Notes under the pieces: generated by a model | Databases searched by the model: none | What the model was told of the DNA's origin: nothing | What the model saw: only the letters and a program-made list of their open reading frames with translations | Assembly (NCBI GenBank): GCA_030141605.1 | Contig: JAQGDQ010000756.1 | Coordinates: 2,435 to 66,434, forward strand | Reading direction: 5' to 3' | Source: Tubiluchus corallicola | Taxonomy: Eukaryota; Animalia; Priapulida | DNA length: 64,000 nt | Position numbers and translations under genes: made by a program | Shown: piece by piece, positions 1 through 11,107 of the stretch | How the letters are laid out: each line of letters opens with the position of its first letter | Position numbering within the stretch: the first letter of the stretch is position 1

Positions 1-291
1 TTTAAAAAAGCATCAAAGAATTACCTACTACAACGGTATAATTAACTCACAATTTTACTCATCCTGATCTTAAGTTACTAACAAAACTTATTTTGTTCTA
101 ATGTACGTTATAACTGATGAAAATGTAATGTTAATTGTCAATTGTTTCACTTATCTGGAGGAGGACTCGAAAGCTCAATGCTCCTTCCCCCTCCTCACAG
201 TAACTCGCATAGTTTATTTATTTTTTTCAATGTTATATCAATTTATATGTATTAATAGATGTATTTATATGTATTTATATGTATTTACAGA

Positions 292-452
292 ACCGACATT
301 AACAAATCAATTAACATTTTTTCCTAAAAAGAAAATTGCCTAGTCAGAGGTCATCATAGCTGACTTACAGCCTAAAAAAAGGCTAATGTTGTTACTTAAC
401 GGTAGTTTTAGGATGTCGTGTGGTTTGGCAGATCAATAATTTGGGAGAAACA
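292..452 (+). repeat. Dispersed repeat, copy 1 (homologue at ~26772-26980)
   Basis: Shares 'aaaattgcctagtcagag(g/a)tcatc..agctga', 'acagccta..aaaaaggctaatgttgt' and 'gcagatc.ataatt..gggaga' with 26772-26940. Confidence 0.7.
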
Positions 453-475
453 TTGAAGTTATTATGCTGCCTGAT

Positions 476-583
476 TACTTAGCCTGATTTCCTTTTAAAG
501 GCAGGTTTTCAACATTGAAGTTAATACAAATGCCGATTGTATTATCGTGAAAACCTGCCTTTAAAAGGAAATCAGGCTAAGTA
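476..583. repeat. Perfect 36-bp inverted repeat with 36-nt loop
   Basis: 476-511 TACTTAGCCTGATTTCCTTTTAAAGGCAGGTTTTCA is the exact reverse complement of 548-583. Confidence 0.9.
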
Positions 584-1059
584 GGTTTGACTACGATATA
601 GAACATAGAACATTTTATTTTCTCCAACTAGTTTGATATAAAAATTTTTTTAAATATTACGTAATTATTATCCTGGAGCAGGGCAGGGAAGGACCATAGG
701 GTCATCTAGTCTCCTGCCCTTTCTTGTAAATAGATTAGTATATTAAAATTAAATGGTGATGCTGCAGATAACAAAAACAAAAAATAAATAAGAAAAAAAT
801 AATAATAAAAACAGTATAAATGATACAAATTATCAAAAAAGTAGTGAAAACAAAAAATGATAAAGTTAGATACCTAAATCTAAACAAAACAATACAATTA
901 ATCAGTAATTATTAGGGTAATAATCAGTAATTGTCATACAATAGGGGTCTTATTAACAAGAGAATTTGACCAATGTAAGTAAGTAAAGTTAAAAAACTGA
1001 GAGTATATAAATTTTGTAACTCATTTTGCATGTGTTATCGATTATTTTTTACATTTCAG

Positions 1060-1104
1060 TGACGAGAGTTTGACAACGTCACGGTCGAGTGGAAGTCAGA
1101 AAAG
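1060..1104 (+). CDS. SPATA1: SPATA1-like gene, internal coding exon (DESLTTSRSSGSQK)
   Basis: Polypyrimidine tract + ttcag acceptor and AAAG|gtttag donor; the phase-2 end joins in frame with the exon at 5041. Low-complexity peptide, so assigned by splice signals and phase only. Confidence 0.55.
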
Positions 1105-1180
1105 GTTTAGTAATTATATACGTCTTCTTGATTCTAAAATGATCGTTTTACTAGGATGTGGTTTAGGATAAAAGTGGTTT

Positions 1181-1876
1181 GTGTTGAAAGTGATGTGGTT
1201 TCTTTCTGTGTGTTGAAAGTGATGTGGTTTCTTTCTGTGTGTTGAAAGTGATGTGGTTTCTTTCTGTGTGTTGAAAGTGATGTGGTTTCTTTCTGTGTGT
1301 TGAAAGTGATGTGGTTTCTTTCTGTGTGTTGAAAGTGATGTGGTTTCTTTCTGTGTGTTGAAAGTGATGTGGTTTCTTTCTGTGTGTTGAAAGTGATGTG
1401 GTTTCTTTCTGTGTGTTGAAAGTGATGTGGTTTCTTTCTGTGTGTTGAAAGTGATGTGGTTTCTTTCTGTGTGTTGAAAGTGATGTGGTTTCTTTCTGTG
1501 TGTTGAGAGTGATGTGGTTTCTTTCTGTGTGTTGAAAGTGATGTGGTTTCTTTCTGTGTGTTGAGAGTGATGTGGTTTCTTTCTGTGTGTTGAAAGTGAT
1601 GTGGTTTCTTTCTGTGTGTTGAAAGTGATGTGGTTTCTTTCTGTGTGTTGAAAGTGATGTGGTTTCTTTCTGTGTGTTGAAAGTGATGTGGTTTCTTTCT
1701 GTGTGTTGAAAGTGATGTGGTTTCTTTCTGTGTGTTGAAAGTGATGTGGTTTCTTTCTGTGTGTTGAAAGTGATGTGGTTTCTTTCTGTGTGTTGAAGGT
1801 GATGTGGTTTCTTTCTGTGTGTTGAGAGTGATGGGGTTTCTTTCTGTGTGTTGAAAGTGATGTGGTTTCTTTCTGT
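1181..1876. repeat. 29-bp minisatellite, ~24 copies (TGTGTGTTGAAAGTGATGTGGTTTCTTTC)
   Basis: Directly visible tandem array; the overlapping ORF repeats every 29 aa (3 x 29 nt). Confidence 0.95.
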
Positions 1877-2643
1877 TCTCATCTTATTACATCTAAGCGC
1901 ACGTATACTTTGCTAGCTTAGGTAGTTAGTTTGTTTTTTGACATTAACGTAAGAAAATGCGCTGTAAAATTTACAACAAATTTAAAGCTTACAACGAATG
2001 TCCATCTTGTATATTACACTCGTATCTCGGTTTGCCGCATAAAAGTGGGGAGATGTCGGTTCAAATTTGCCAATCGTCCGTATTTACTGATACTAAGCTA
2101 ATACTGTAGGCACCGTGTATTAGACTCACGGTAATGTAGAATTAATCGTCTAATTGTTTCAGAAACGTCTAGTACCATCTAATTCATTATTTGAAAAAGA
2201 CTTTAACATCCTCAGCATAGATGATTGTTCATTAGTAACTAGTAATTACTAGGCATATTGTAAAACGCAATTATGAAATATTGTAGTAAATCAGCTAACT
2301 TTTCTCGAAATCTGTTGCTGATGCTGAGGTGAACTAGAACAAGGAAACACGTCTAGCTGAACAATGCTGGCTCTACTGATTGGCAACAATAGGCTTTATA
2401 AAAACCTAAACTACGTCACGTGACATGTTTAGAGTGCATAGAAATGGGTGACCGACATTAGCCGATGGGCGATATTACCCCAATAAACCCCATTGCCCAG
2501 ACGTATGGTCTGACACTTATTTTATCTTTTATGCTAATCATTTCAGCTTAAGTCAAATCCGTCTCTTCTTGCCTGTTACATAATGATAGTATGCGTTGTT
2601 ATTCTCTCACGTTCTAGTAATTTTAATGTAACCGGCAAAACTG

Positions 2644-3477
2644 TACAGAATTATACATTTCATTGATTCAATATGCAGAATTATACATTTCATTGATTCA
2701 ATATACAGATTATACATTTCATTGATTCAATATACAGAATTATACATTTCATTGATTCAATATACAGAATTATACATTTCATTGATTCCATATACAGAAT
2801 TATACATTTCATTGATTCAATATACAGAATTATACATTTCATTGATTCGATATACAGAATTATACATTTCATTGATTTGATATACAGAATTATACATTTC
2901 ATTGATGCAATATACAGAATTATACATTTCATTGATTCAATATACAGATTATACATTTCATTGATTCAATATACAGAATTATACATTTCATTGATTCAAA
3001 ATACAGAATTATACATTTCATTGATTCAATATACAGAATTATACATTTCATTGATTCCATATACAGAATTATACATTTCATTGATTCAATATACAGAATT
3101 ATACATTTCATTGATTCGATATACAGAATTATACATTTCATTGATTTGATATACAGAATTATACATTTCATTGATGCAATATACAGAATTATACATTTCA
3201 TTGATTCAATATACAGATTATACATTTCATTGATTCAATATACAGAATTATACATTTCATTGATTCAAAATACAGAATTATACATTTCATTGATTCAATA
3301 TACAGAATTATACATTTCATTGATTCCATATACAGAATTATACATTTCATTGATTCAATATACAGAATTATACATTTCATTGATTCGATATACAGAATTA
3401 TACATTTCATTGATTTGATATACAGAATTATACATTTCATTGACTCAATACACAAAATTATACACTTTATTGATTCA
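2644..3477. repeat. 30-bp minisatellite, ~28 copies, with a ~269-bp higher-order period
   Basis: Unit TACAGAATTATACATTTCATTGATTCAATA; the variant order recurs at 269 bp (identical ORFs at 2877 and 3146). Confidence 0.95.
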
Positions 3478-3715
3478 CACTAATGAGCTGATAGGCTTTC
3501 AATGACATTTGTTGATTAATATCGACTTCTTGCACACAATGAGAGATCGATTTCTTTCAATTTGTTGACGAGAGCAACGTGGTTGAAAGGTGCGTGAAGC
3601 CAACCAGCCACTTTACCTGCCGTCAAGTATAGATAACAAAACTCATTGGATGACATGAAAATTTTTGATCCTTGAACTGTTCTTCCGGGGGAATCAAGTA
3701 CATTGATCCATTGTA

Positions 3716-4335
3716 CCGTGTTCCCTCACCTATCATGGGTATTCCGTTCCAGGCCCACCTGCGATAAGTGAATTTCCGCGAAGTAGGGACTCTATACTTA
3801 TTTTTTAGTAGTTATACATTATTTTAAGTCTTTATAAACCCTCCCCACACTCTTGTACATAACCCTTTCCCATTCCCTTAATAACTTTTCCCATGCTGTA
3901 CATGTACGTTTTAAAAAACTTTACTTAAATGTTCATAAAATGTCCATTGTGTTGTGTACAATCTCACTTCGGCAAGTAGCATCTCAAGCGGGCGCAATTA
4001 CTACATTTCGTTTTTGGTGTGTATTCATCCGCCGAATAAATACACTATTTACTGTAAATGGTAATTTTTTATGATTTATAATATCCTTTTAATGTTAGAA
4101 TTAATATTTTTAATATATTTTTATACGTTTTCTGATTTTTTATGCAAAATTCATCGAATCTATACATTACTGTACAATACGTACTACGCATGTGCAAAAA
4201 TACATTGGACGGAGTACCACAAAACCCCACAAAACAGCAAAAATACCACGATAAATATTTTACATTAATATTTTCGGAAACCCGCGTAACAGCGAGTCCA
4301 CAATAAACGAATCGCAAAGTAGCGAGGGAACACTG
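3716..4335. mobile_element. Tigger/pogo-like non-autonomous DNA transposon (MITE)
   Basis: TIRs CCGTGTTCCCTCAC... / ...GCGAGGGAACACTG, with TA on both sides (3714-15, 4336-37); AT-rich non-coding interior. Confidence 0.75.
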
Positions 4336-4588
4336 TATATGCATTGCAGGAGTGAAATAAATTTATTTGATTTGATTTGAACCCAAGACTCTGCATTTTT
4401 GGAGGCCATGTAGAACCACACATACTGTATAAGAACATGTATTTGCCTGCTTTGCACTGCTCAATGGATATGATAGTTTAATTGTAGTAAAAAAGGAGCA
4501 TGTTGTAATCTTTCAATATTTTGTGTTTGATTTCTGCTTTGTACTTTTACACTTGTCTTCCTTAGAGTACCTTATTTGTATCATCATC

Positions 4589-4980
4589 AATAAGCCTTTT
4601 CACAGTTCCAGCGATTGAAGCTGACCGTGAAAAGGTCCAAGGTTAAGTGTACCAGACAACAGATTTGTGTGCTTGACAACTCCTCACAGCCCATGCTATT
4701 GTAATAGTAACAGTTTTAACAGCTAGCTAGAATCTTACCTAGTTCATTTTTTCTTGTTGCCAAGCAAAATCCTGCTAGTAAATCATTCTACGCACACACT
4801 AATGCATAATTGAGTAAAATCCATGTAAAACAAACTGAAGTTATTGAACCGATGTGGCAGATGGCTTTGCTTTACCCACATCATTTGACGGTTGTAGTTA
4901 AGACGCGTTGCTGCGGTACACTTAACCTTTGACCTACACTAACTGTGCATGAGCACGACGAAACTGTGAAAAGGTTTATT
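4589..4980. mobile_element. MITE family A, copy 1 (TIR AATAAGCCTTTTCACAGTT)
   Basis: Left end aataagccttttcacagtt and right end aactgtgaaaaggtttatt; a diverged second copy lies at ~63297-63674, and the same TIR-like end recurs at ~5713. Confidence 0.75.
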
Positions 4981-5040
4981 GCTTCCGAAGACTGACGTTA
5001 ATGCGCAAGTTGTTAATGTGAATTACTTTTGTGCACACAG

Positions 5041-5159
5041 GTTAAGCACAGTGAGAGAGACGGATGCGAGCGAAGCCAGTTTCAACGGATCGGAAGTCTC
5101 TCAGGATGACCGCATGATGCAAAATCATCAAGTTGCTGCTGACCAGACTGACCAAGATA
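5041..5159 (+). CDS. SPATA1: SPATA1-like gene, coding exon (LSTVRETDASEASFNGSEVSQDDRMMQNHQVAADQTDQD)
   Basis: cacag acceptor at 5040 and A|gtgagt donor; open frame, phase-compatible with both neighbouring exons. Confidence 0.7.
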
Positions 5160-5531
5160 GTGAGTCTAACTTCATTTCTGTAATATGTGTTTAGCATGAG
5201 CTTTAATTTTTGTTTTAATTAAAATTCGTGCTTAATTCTAGAACACGCAACCTGAAGATTTGAATCAACTCTAGTGCATTAATAAAAAACATAAACACAC
5301 GGCAGCAGTAAAAAATTAAAAAGTCTGAAAAAGTTTTGCGCCTCCACTGGGACTTGAACTCAAGCCTCTGCTATCCTGTTGGCTTGCCATTACACAGCAG
5401 AAGCACGCTACTTTTTGCTCCAAGTAGTGTGCCATTATTGCTAATCCTCGTGGCTAAGCAGATTTATCAATTGTTTGCTTAAATTAATTAGCTGAATCTT
5501 CGCATTGATTTTTATTGATTTTTAACAAAAG

Positions 5532-5660
5532 GTGACGAGCATAAACAAGCTCAGTATCAGTTCGTGAAGGAAGAATGTCGTATGATGGAAAGAAAGTATG
5601 AAGATCTGGTGAAGAAGGCAAAACAGCTACAGAACCGGACGGGTCAAAGACGCAACGAAG
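5532..5660 (+). CDS. SPATA1: SPATA1-like gene, coding exon (DEHKQAQYQFVKEECRMMERKYEDLVKKAKQLQNRTGQRRNE)
   Basis: aaag acceptor and GAAG|gtttgt donor; coiled-coil segment 'EDLVKKAK' resembles the start of the SPATA1 C-terminal domain. Confidence 0.8.
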
Positions 5661-6149
5661 GTTTGTTGTCGTTTGTGCAACTTTGTGCAACGCTGTTTGT
5701 GTCATTGTCATTAATAAGCCTTTTCACAGTATCAAGAAACTTCATACACACTGGACACTCATTAATCTATCGTAGTGTCCTCCGTTCGAGTGTGTACACT
5801 GCCCCGCCTCTTGGCCCGGGGTCCAACTTGAACAAATCTGCCTAACTGGCTTAAAACTGGCACGGCTAGTGATGTTATAATTTACTGCCAATGTCTCGGT
5901 GATGGTACATTTATCTTTAGTGTCAGTAAAATGCAGTCCAATGTTTTAAGTAATTTAAAACTATTCTTTCTCTACAGCAAACTTTCCTGGTTGTGTATGT
6001 TTTTAGTAAAATCATTCAGCTGTCAACTTTTTCCAGCGAAGCTGCCAATTAACGATGTCATTAATTAGGTCATGACTGCAAGTGGCAGAATGTTCATAAA
6101 GTATTGCAGAATTATTTTACCACAATTATCACACCCGTTGCAGGTAATG

Positions 6150-6346
6150 AGTTGTGCTGAAAAAGGGTGCTGAAGTTGTGAAGAGGGTGCTGAAAAGGGG
6201 TGCTGAAGTTGTGAAGAAAGAGGGTGCTGAAAAGGGGTGCTGAAGTTGTGAAGAAAGAGAGTGCTGAAAAATTGGGACTAATCGGGACTTGAACTCGAGA
6301 CCTGGGATTAATACTTCCATGCTCTGTCAGCTGAAGTACCAGTCCA
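6150..6346 (-). mobile_element. tRNA-derived SINE-like element with short tandem-repeat tail
   Basis: The minus strand of ~6273-6346 reads GGACTGGTACTTCAGCTGACAGAGC...GAGTTCAAGTCCCG (A/B-box-like), followed by repeats of gtgctgaaaagggtgctgaagttgtgaag. Confidence 0.5.
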
Positions 6347-6649
6347 TCCGAGATGTTATCCTTGTTGAACACACAATACAACAGCACCACCTGTACCCAT
6401 GTCACAGTAGGGAGATACTTATGACATTAAATTTTTCTCAAATTAGCTGGCAATTAACGATATCGTTAATTAGATTATGATTGTGAATTACAAATCCCGA
6501 GTTTTCGGTGTCTGCTTTCTCTCAGCTCATTACCCGCAATGGGCGATAATTGTTGTGAAATGAACCACAATTCTTGATGAACATTCTTTCACAGTTGTAA
6601 CCTAATTAAAGCGTATAGATGTTTTGATGTGCTGTTTTCGTTTCCTTAG

Positions 6650-6816
6650 CGAGGGATTTGTGGAAGAGGCGCTATTTTGAGGAAAAGAAGAAATCTCCAG
6701 GACTGGAAGATCAGTGTTTAAGGCACCGCAATAACCTCGATGGTGTCTACAAACGATTAGTTTCTCAAATTGAGTCAAAGGACACGAACAAAGGCAGAGA
6801 TAAGCCTTCACTAAAG
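6650..6816 (+). CDS. SPATA1: SPATA1-like gene, coding exon (ARDLWKRRYFEEKKKSPGLEDQCLRHRNNLDGVYKRLVSQIESKDTNKGRDKPSLK)
   Basis: tttccttag acceptor and AAG|gtaatc donor; 'ARDLWKRRYFEEKK' and 'LDGVYKRLVSQIE' match the conserved SPATA1_C pattern (W-K-K/R-x-Y-F-E-x-K-K ... Y-K-K-L-x-x-Q-L-E). Not in the ORF track. Confidence 0.85.
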
Positions 6817-6962
6817 GTAATCAGTGTCTGATGTATTACTATCAATGTGTGGTGTAGTACTATTAGTGTGTGGTGTAGTATTATCAATATGTGCAATGTA
6901 GTGCTATAAATCGTATATATTAGTTTCAGTATATATATATACCCAAGCAAGATCCTGCTAGT

Positions 6963-7637
6963 ATATATATATATAACCGACGAGGCTACAGCTGCGATGA
7001 CAGTACCATTTATGACGATCTATACATCAAACGAAATATCTCCACCCACAGGTTCGCACCTGGGGGTTTATTTTTCGAATCGGGTCCACTGTGAGGAACG
7101 GGGGGGGGGGCAAAAAACCTCCAAACATGGCCCTTTTTCGCAAAAATTTGCCAAACTTATAATAGTTGTTGGTAATAGTAAGATGGCCCATTCAACGGTG
7201 GGTGTTATAGTCATATTTAGATTTCGGTTAGATTTAGATTTGGAGGGCCACAGTGTCCGGTGACTGGCATTTTCCCGGACCCAGCTCCCGATTTTTTCGA
7301 AATTTTGGCCAAACAGGCTGTAGAAAAAACGTTCTAGCAGCGTTCAGTTTAGAAAGAGGAAGAACAGGGCTACATGATGGATATTTTAGAACACGTCCAC
7401 CAAGAGGAGTACTGGCGAGTTAATTAGATTAACTAGTTTCAGCAATTTTCGCTTGGAAAACTGCTGACGCAAGCAGTTGCTGTGACGTCATCCATTATAC
7501 TCTGTCTATAACCTTATATCCTTAATTCAGTAAAAGCTGCTGGCTTTGCAGTATAAATGAGGACTATGTAGGATGTTCGCATATTTTTGATTATAAGTGT
7601 ATTTATATGCAAAATTTTTTGCAGGGCCTTTGCTAGT
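6963..7637 (+). mobile_element. Helitron-like non-autonomous element (second, inverted partial copy at 44191-44500)
   Basis: Ends in a subterminal palindrome (gcaaaa...ttttgc) followed by CTAG-T; 7348-7637 is homologous to the reverse complement of 44191-44500. The left boundary is approximate. Confidence 0.55.
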
Positions 7638-7975
7638 CAAACTATTAATTTTCTTGCTGTCTTCCGATTGATGGCATACTCAGTTGGAATAAATATTCTA
7701 GGAAAAATTCAACTGTAACTATTATCTGGGATGATAGAACATTTTAGAAAAGTCGAACGCATGATCGAGATTTCTTATAGTACATATTATGTTTTCATGC
7801 AGCTCTGCACTCTGCAGGCTATAGTACAGAATACAATACTCGACAGTGGGGACAAAACCCAAATGTGATTCATTATCACAGCCAATGCGACTAAGTTTAA
7901 TATGAGCCACTGAACTGGCCGAGGTGTTCTAACTACATTTAGTTGCGTGAATACATTCGTCCTTTACGAGGTAGA

Positions 7976-8294
7976 CCTTATCTTAGACCTTAGTCCTTCC
8001 CGTGCACGGATGCACATTGGGCAGACAGAATTTTCTGGGTTCTATCGGCGGCTTCTCTTTCGATGTTCTCCCAACGTCTGTTCATAGCCCGAAGGTCTTT
8101 TTTGAAAGATCTACGCCACGTTGTTTTTGGCCGACCTCTTTTCCTTTTTCCACCAGGTGGTTCCCAGCGTAACGCTATTTTGGAGTGGCGTTGTTCTGGT
8201 AGGCGTAGAATATGTCCAGCCAGTCTCAGCCTTCTCTCTGCGACTATTTCCTGCAACCGCCTTGACTGCGCCTGCTGTAGGACTTCCACATTCC
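7976..8294 (-). mobile_element. 5'-truncated RTE-clade LINE (ORF2 C-terminus)
   Basis: Peptide RRLRLAGHILRLP...ALRWEPPGGKRKRGRPKTTWRR is typical of the RTE 3' end; TAAGGTC-type tandem tail; 10-bp TSD ACGAGGTAGA at 7966-7975 and 8295-8304. Confidence 0.9.
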
Positions 8295-8730
8295 ACGAGG
8301 TAGATAGTTTGAATCAAAATGAACATGCCAAATGAACCACTTAGAACAAGTACTGAAATGATTCATCCATCCATTAACTGGGCAGCTCCGCCGCCATTCT
8401 TAATCTCGGTCACCAAGTTCAGTGTCGTGACCACACAGCTGTGCGCTCCACCTTGTATCGTAATTGTGTATTTATGTATTTTATGTTCGATAGTAAAGAG
8501 TTAGTGATGTCTTATATACATTGTAGTTTTAACTACTTTAAAAATACTTTACATTGTAGTTAACTGACCTATAGTGTTGCATAGGTAAAAATTACAATTG
8601 GGCAAGTATTCATAAAATATGTATCAAATTATTGTGAAATTACAGGTTTGCAAGCTGCTACATGTTTTTTTTGTCCTTTGTTGGTTGTTGCTAGGTTACA
8701 GCAGTGCATCTCCCTCATTCTCTGTTTCAG

Positions 8731-8829
8731 GGAAGTCAAAAGGTGACAGCCGTGAAGCTGATGCAAGAGACTGAAGATCTCAGGAGAAGACTAGATGATG
8801 ATAAGTTGAAGCTGACATCCGAAGTCAAG
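8731..8829 (+). CDS. SPATA1: SPATA1-like gene, coding exon (GSQKVTAVKLMQETEDLRRRLDDDKLKLTSEVK)
   Basis: tttcag acceptor, AAG|gtgtgc donor, 99 nt phase 0-0; 'LRRRLDDDKLKLTSEVK' resembles SPATA1 'LKRKLDTDKMKLIVEVK'. Confidence 0.85.
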
Positions 8830-8852
8830 GTGTGCTTGGTCGCATTTATATA

Positions 8853-9392
8853 CAGCAAGTCCTCGCTTAGCGATGCCGATATATTTCAGTAAAACACGTC
8901 GTTAAATGAAACGTTGCTAAGAGGAGCATCGTTAAGCTCGCTTAGCGACTCCAATACATTTCAGTAAAACACATCGTTAAATGAAGCGTTGCTAAGCGGA
9001 GCGCCGTTAAGCTCGCTTAGCGACTCCAATACATTTCAGTAAAACACGTCGTTAAATGAAACGTCGCTAAGAGGAGCATCGTTAAGCTCGCTTAGCGACT
9101 CCAATACATTTCAGTAGACACGTCGTTAAATGAAACGTTGCTAAGCGGAGCGTCGTTAAGCTCGCTTAGCTACTCCAATACATTTCAGTAGAACACGTCG
9201 TTAAATGAAACGTCACTAAGCGGAGCATCGTTAAGCTCGCTTAGCGACTCCAATACATTTCAGTAAAACACATCGTTAAATGAAATGTCGCTAAGCGGAG
9301 CGTCGTTAAGTGGAGCGTGTTAAGCTCGCTTAGTGACTCCAATACATTTCAGTAAAACACGTCGTTAAATGAAGCGTTGCTAAGCAGAACGT
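8853..9392. repeat. 75-bp tandem array (~7 copies) of a self-complementary unit, probably derived from a MITE end
   Basis: The unit begins GCTCGCTTAGCGAC and contains GTCGCTAAGCGGAGC (near reverse complement); the array starts with TA-CAGCAAGTCCTCGCTTA, a Tigger-like TIR start. Confidence 0.8.
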
Positions 9393-9394
9393 CA

Positions 9395-9698
9395 TTCATA
9401 TTTACTGCTGTGCACACTCATGAGTTGTCAGACACATTCAGTACATCACAAACTAACTCATGTGAACTGTTTTTGTGCAATGCGCTCCCGAAATACAAGC
9501 ACTAGTGCCCGTCTAACTAGCTAATGGTGAAATGCATGCAACAGCGAAGAACTAGTGGCACAAACGTGAAATTGTGTTTGTGTGGTAATAATTCTTTCAC
9601 ATAAGTCATTCTTTAAAATACAGTCTGTTTCCTTTCAATATTTTAAAGAGCAGATTGTTCTGACCTGCAGTTTAAGATTGGATCCGATTTTGCTTTAA
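9395..9698 (+). mobile_element. Kolobok-like family K, truncated copy
   Basis: 'gtgcccgtctaactag...gaagaactagtggc...aattgtgtttgtgtggtaataatt...cagtttaagattgg...gctttaa' is shared with ~56400-56695 and, inverted, with ~52934-53230. Confidence 0.7.
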
Positions 9699-9829
9699 GC
9701 GTACCCAAATCTGGCCATTAAATGGTTGGGTGACTGCCAGTTAAATTACCACTTCATTCCTGGTTTTTATCAGCTCACTGAAACGTTTGCATTTACGCCT
9801 GTTGTAAAACTGGTCCATTTATTTTTCAG

Positions 9830-9982
9830 TTAAGACATCAGGCAGAGACGGAGCTGAAATTTCTGCGATGTGAAACGGCACAGACGAAGAACAGCGTTTC
9901 CATGACGAAGTCGCAGAACATGAACGTTTTGGGCAGTTCGGAAAACATGTACCAGCCGAGAAGCCAAGAGGCACCAAACTGA
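9830..9982 (+). CDS. SPATA1: SPATA1-like gene, terminal coding exon (LRHQAETELKFLRCETAQTKNSVSMTKSQ...EAPN*)
   Basis: atttttcag acceptor; 51 codons ending in TGA at 9980-9982; 'LRHQAETELKFLRCETAQTK' resembles SPATA1 'MRKQAVSDLRTLKTELAQKK'. Confidence 0.85.
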   Translation, partial: LRHQAETELKFLRCETAQTKNSVSMTKSQNMNVLGSSENMYQPRSQEAPN

Positions 9983-10239
9983 ATCATCTGTAGTAAGAGA
10001 AAATTGAAAATGTTTGAGCATGTGCAGTGCGTACAAACGACAAAGGTGATAATGACGTTCACGCGAACGAAAATGAAATTATAAAAAATTATTTAAAATG
10101 AGTTGAAGATGCGAAGAGTACAGTTTGAAAAATTTGAAAACGTTTTCTTTTCTATAATTTTTCAATAATTCTGCTAGAGAAATGACAAGCAATGCGGGTA
10201 ATCTTGGCAGGTGATGTCATAATGATCATCGACGCCTGT

Positions 10240-10380
10240 TAAGGTTTCCCGTCTTGCTTTTTTTTCTGCCAGCTAAGGGCAGATTTCATATTCTTACGGA
10301 ATTCTACTTGCCAAATGACTGCGTAATAGACGTAATGGGCGTGTGTTGGCGATGACGCTGACGACGACGATGATGATGAA
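10240..10380 (+). repeat. Retroposon 3'-end family with (GAT)n tail; further copies at ~21680-21790 and ~55908-56052
   Basis: Shared 'gatttc...aatt.tg/ac.tgcc/tcaaatg...aataga' followed by GAT-rich tails in three places. Confidence 0.55.
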
Positions 10381-10463
10381 GGCTATTAGAAGCATCTAAT
10401 ATGTTACCATTGCTTTTTAAGCTGTGTTTTTTGTAATTTGTTAACATCTCTACTTAACTCTGT

Positions 10464-10469
10464 AATAAA
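10464..10469 (+). terminator. Candidate poly(A) signal of the SPATA1-like gene
   Basis: AATAAA ~480 nt downstream of the stop codon. Confidence 0.4.
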
Positions 10470-10594
10470 CTATTTTAACAGCTAATGTAAATAGTGTCAT
10501 AATTACTGATTAGCTGCTTCTTTTTTGTTTAACGACTCAACTACTTGTGACATGGATTGATTTGTGCAAAGGACATTATGCAAATTTATGCAGC

Positions 10595-11107
10595 CAGGGA
10601 TGAGAATTTTCTGCGGAATTCCGAGTTTTTGGAAGACCAGTAGTGCTATTTTTGTAAATCGCGTAAATTCGTTGAGAAAATTTTTACAGACCCAGTACAT
10701 TATTTCACAAGCTGACCGCTAGGTGGCAGGCCGTCACTTTGTTTACATCACATACATCAGTGTAACCACGTGTATATCTCTATGTATAAAAATATAGAAT
10801 CAATTGTGCGGAGTTATTTGAGTCAATTGCAGACAGTTTTTATATACTTTTGCATAGGAGCGGCCAGTACTTAGGCGTTTTTGAGACAATTAGGTATCAT
10901 GTATCCTTGATAGTTGGGTATTTTAAATTATGCATGAAACAAGGTAATTGATATTTTAAGTCCACTTAGAGGCTCTCTATGGTCACAAAATTGCAATTTG
11001 TTGCTGGCTCCAAGGGGGCTTTGCCTTCAACCCCATTGGGGGCCTAGGTGGCCCCAAAACCCCCGGCCTGTTTCAGAGTTTTTTGCAATTTGTCATTCTC
11101 ATCTCTG
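10595..11107 (+). mobile_element. hAT-like MITE, copy 1
   Basis: TIRs CAGGGATGAGAAT / ATTCTCATCTCTG, with ATGCAGC on both flanks; a highly similar copy lies at 54015-54516. Confidence 0.85.

Noticed and set aside
1163-1882. 239-aa ORF with repeated HTERNHITFNTQKETT
   Set aside because: Translation of a 29-bp tandem repeat cycling through frames; intronic and antisense to the SPATA1-like gene.
6273-6346. tRNA gene (similar cases at ~5340-5400 and 34345-34548)
   Set aside because: Only A/B-box-like remnants, without a convincing complete cloverleaf; treated as SINE heads.
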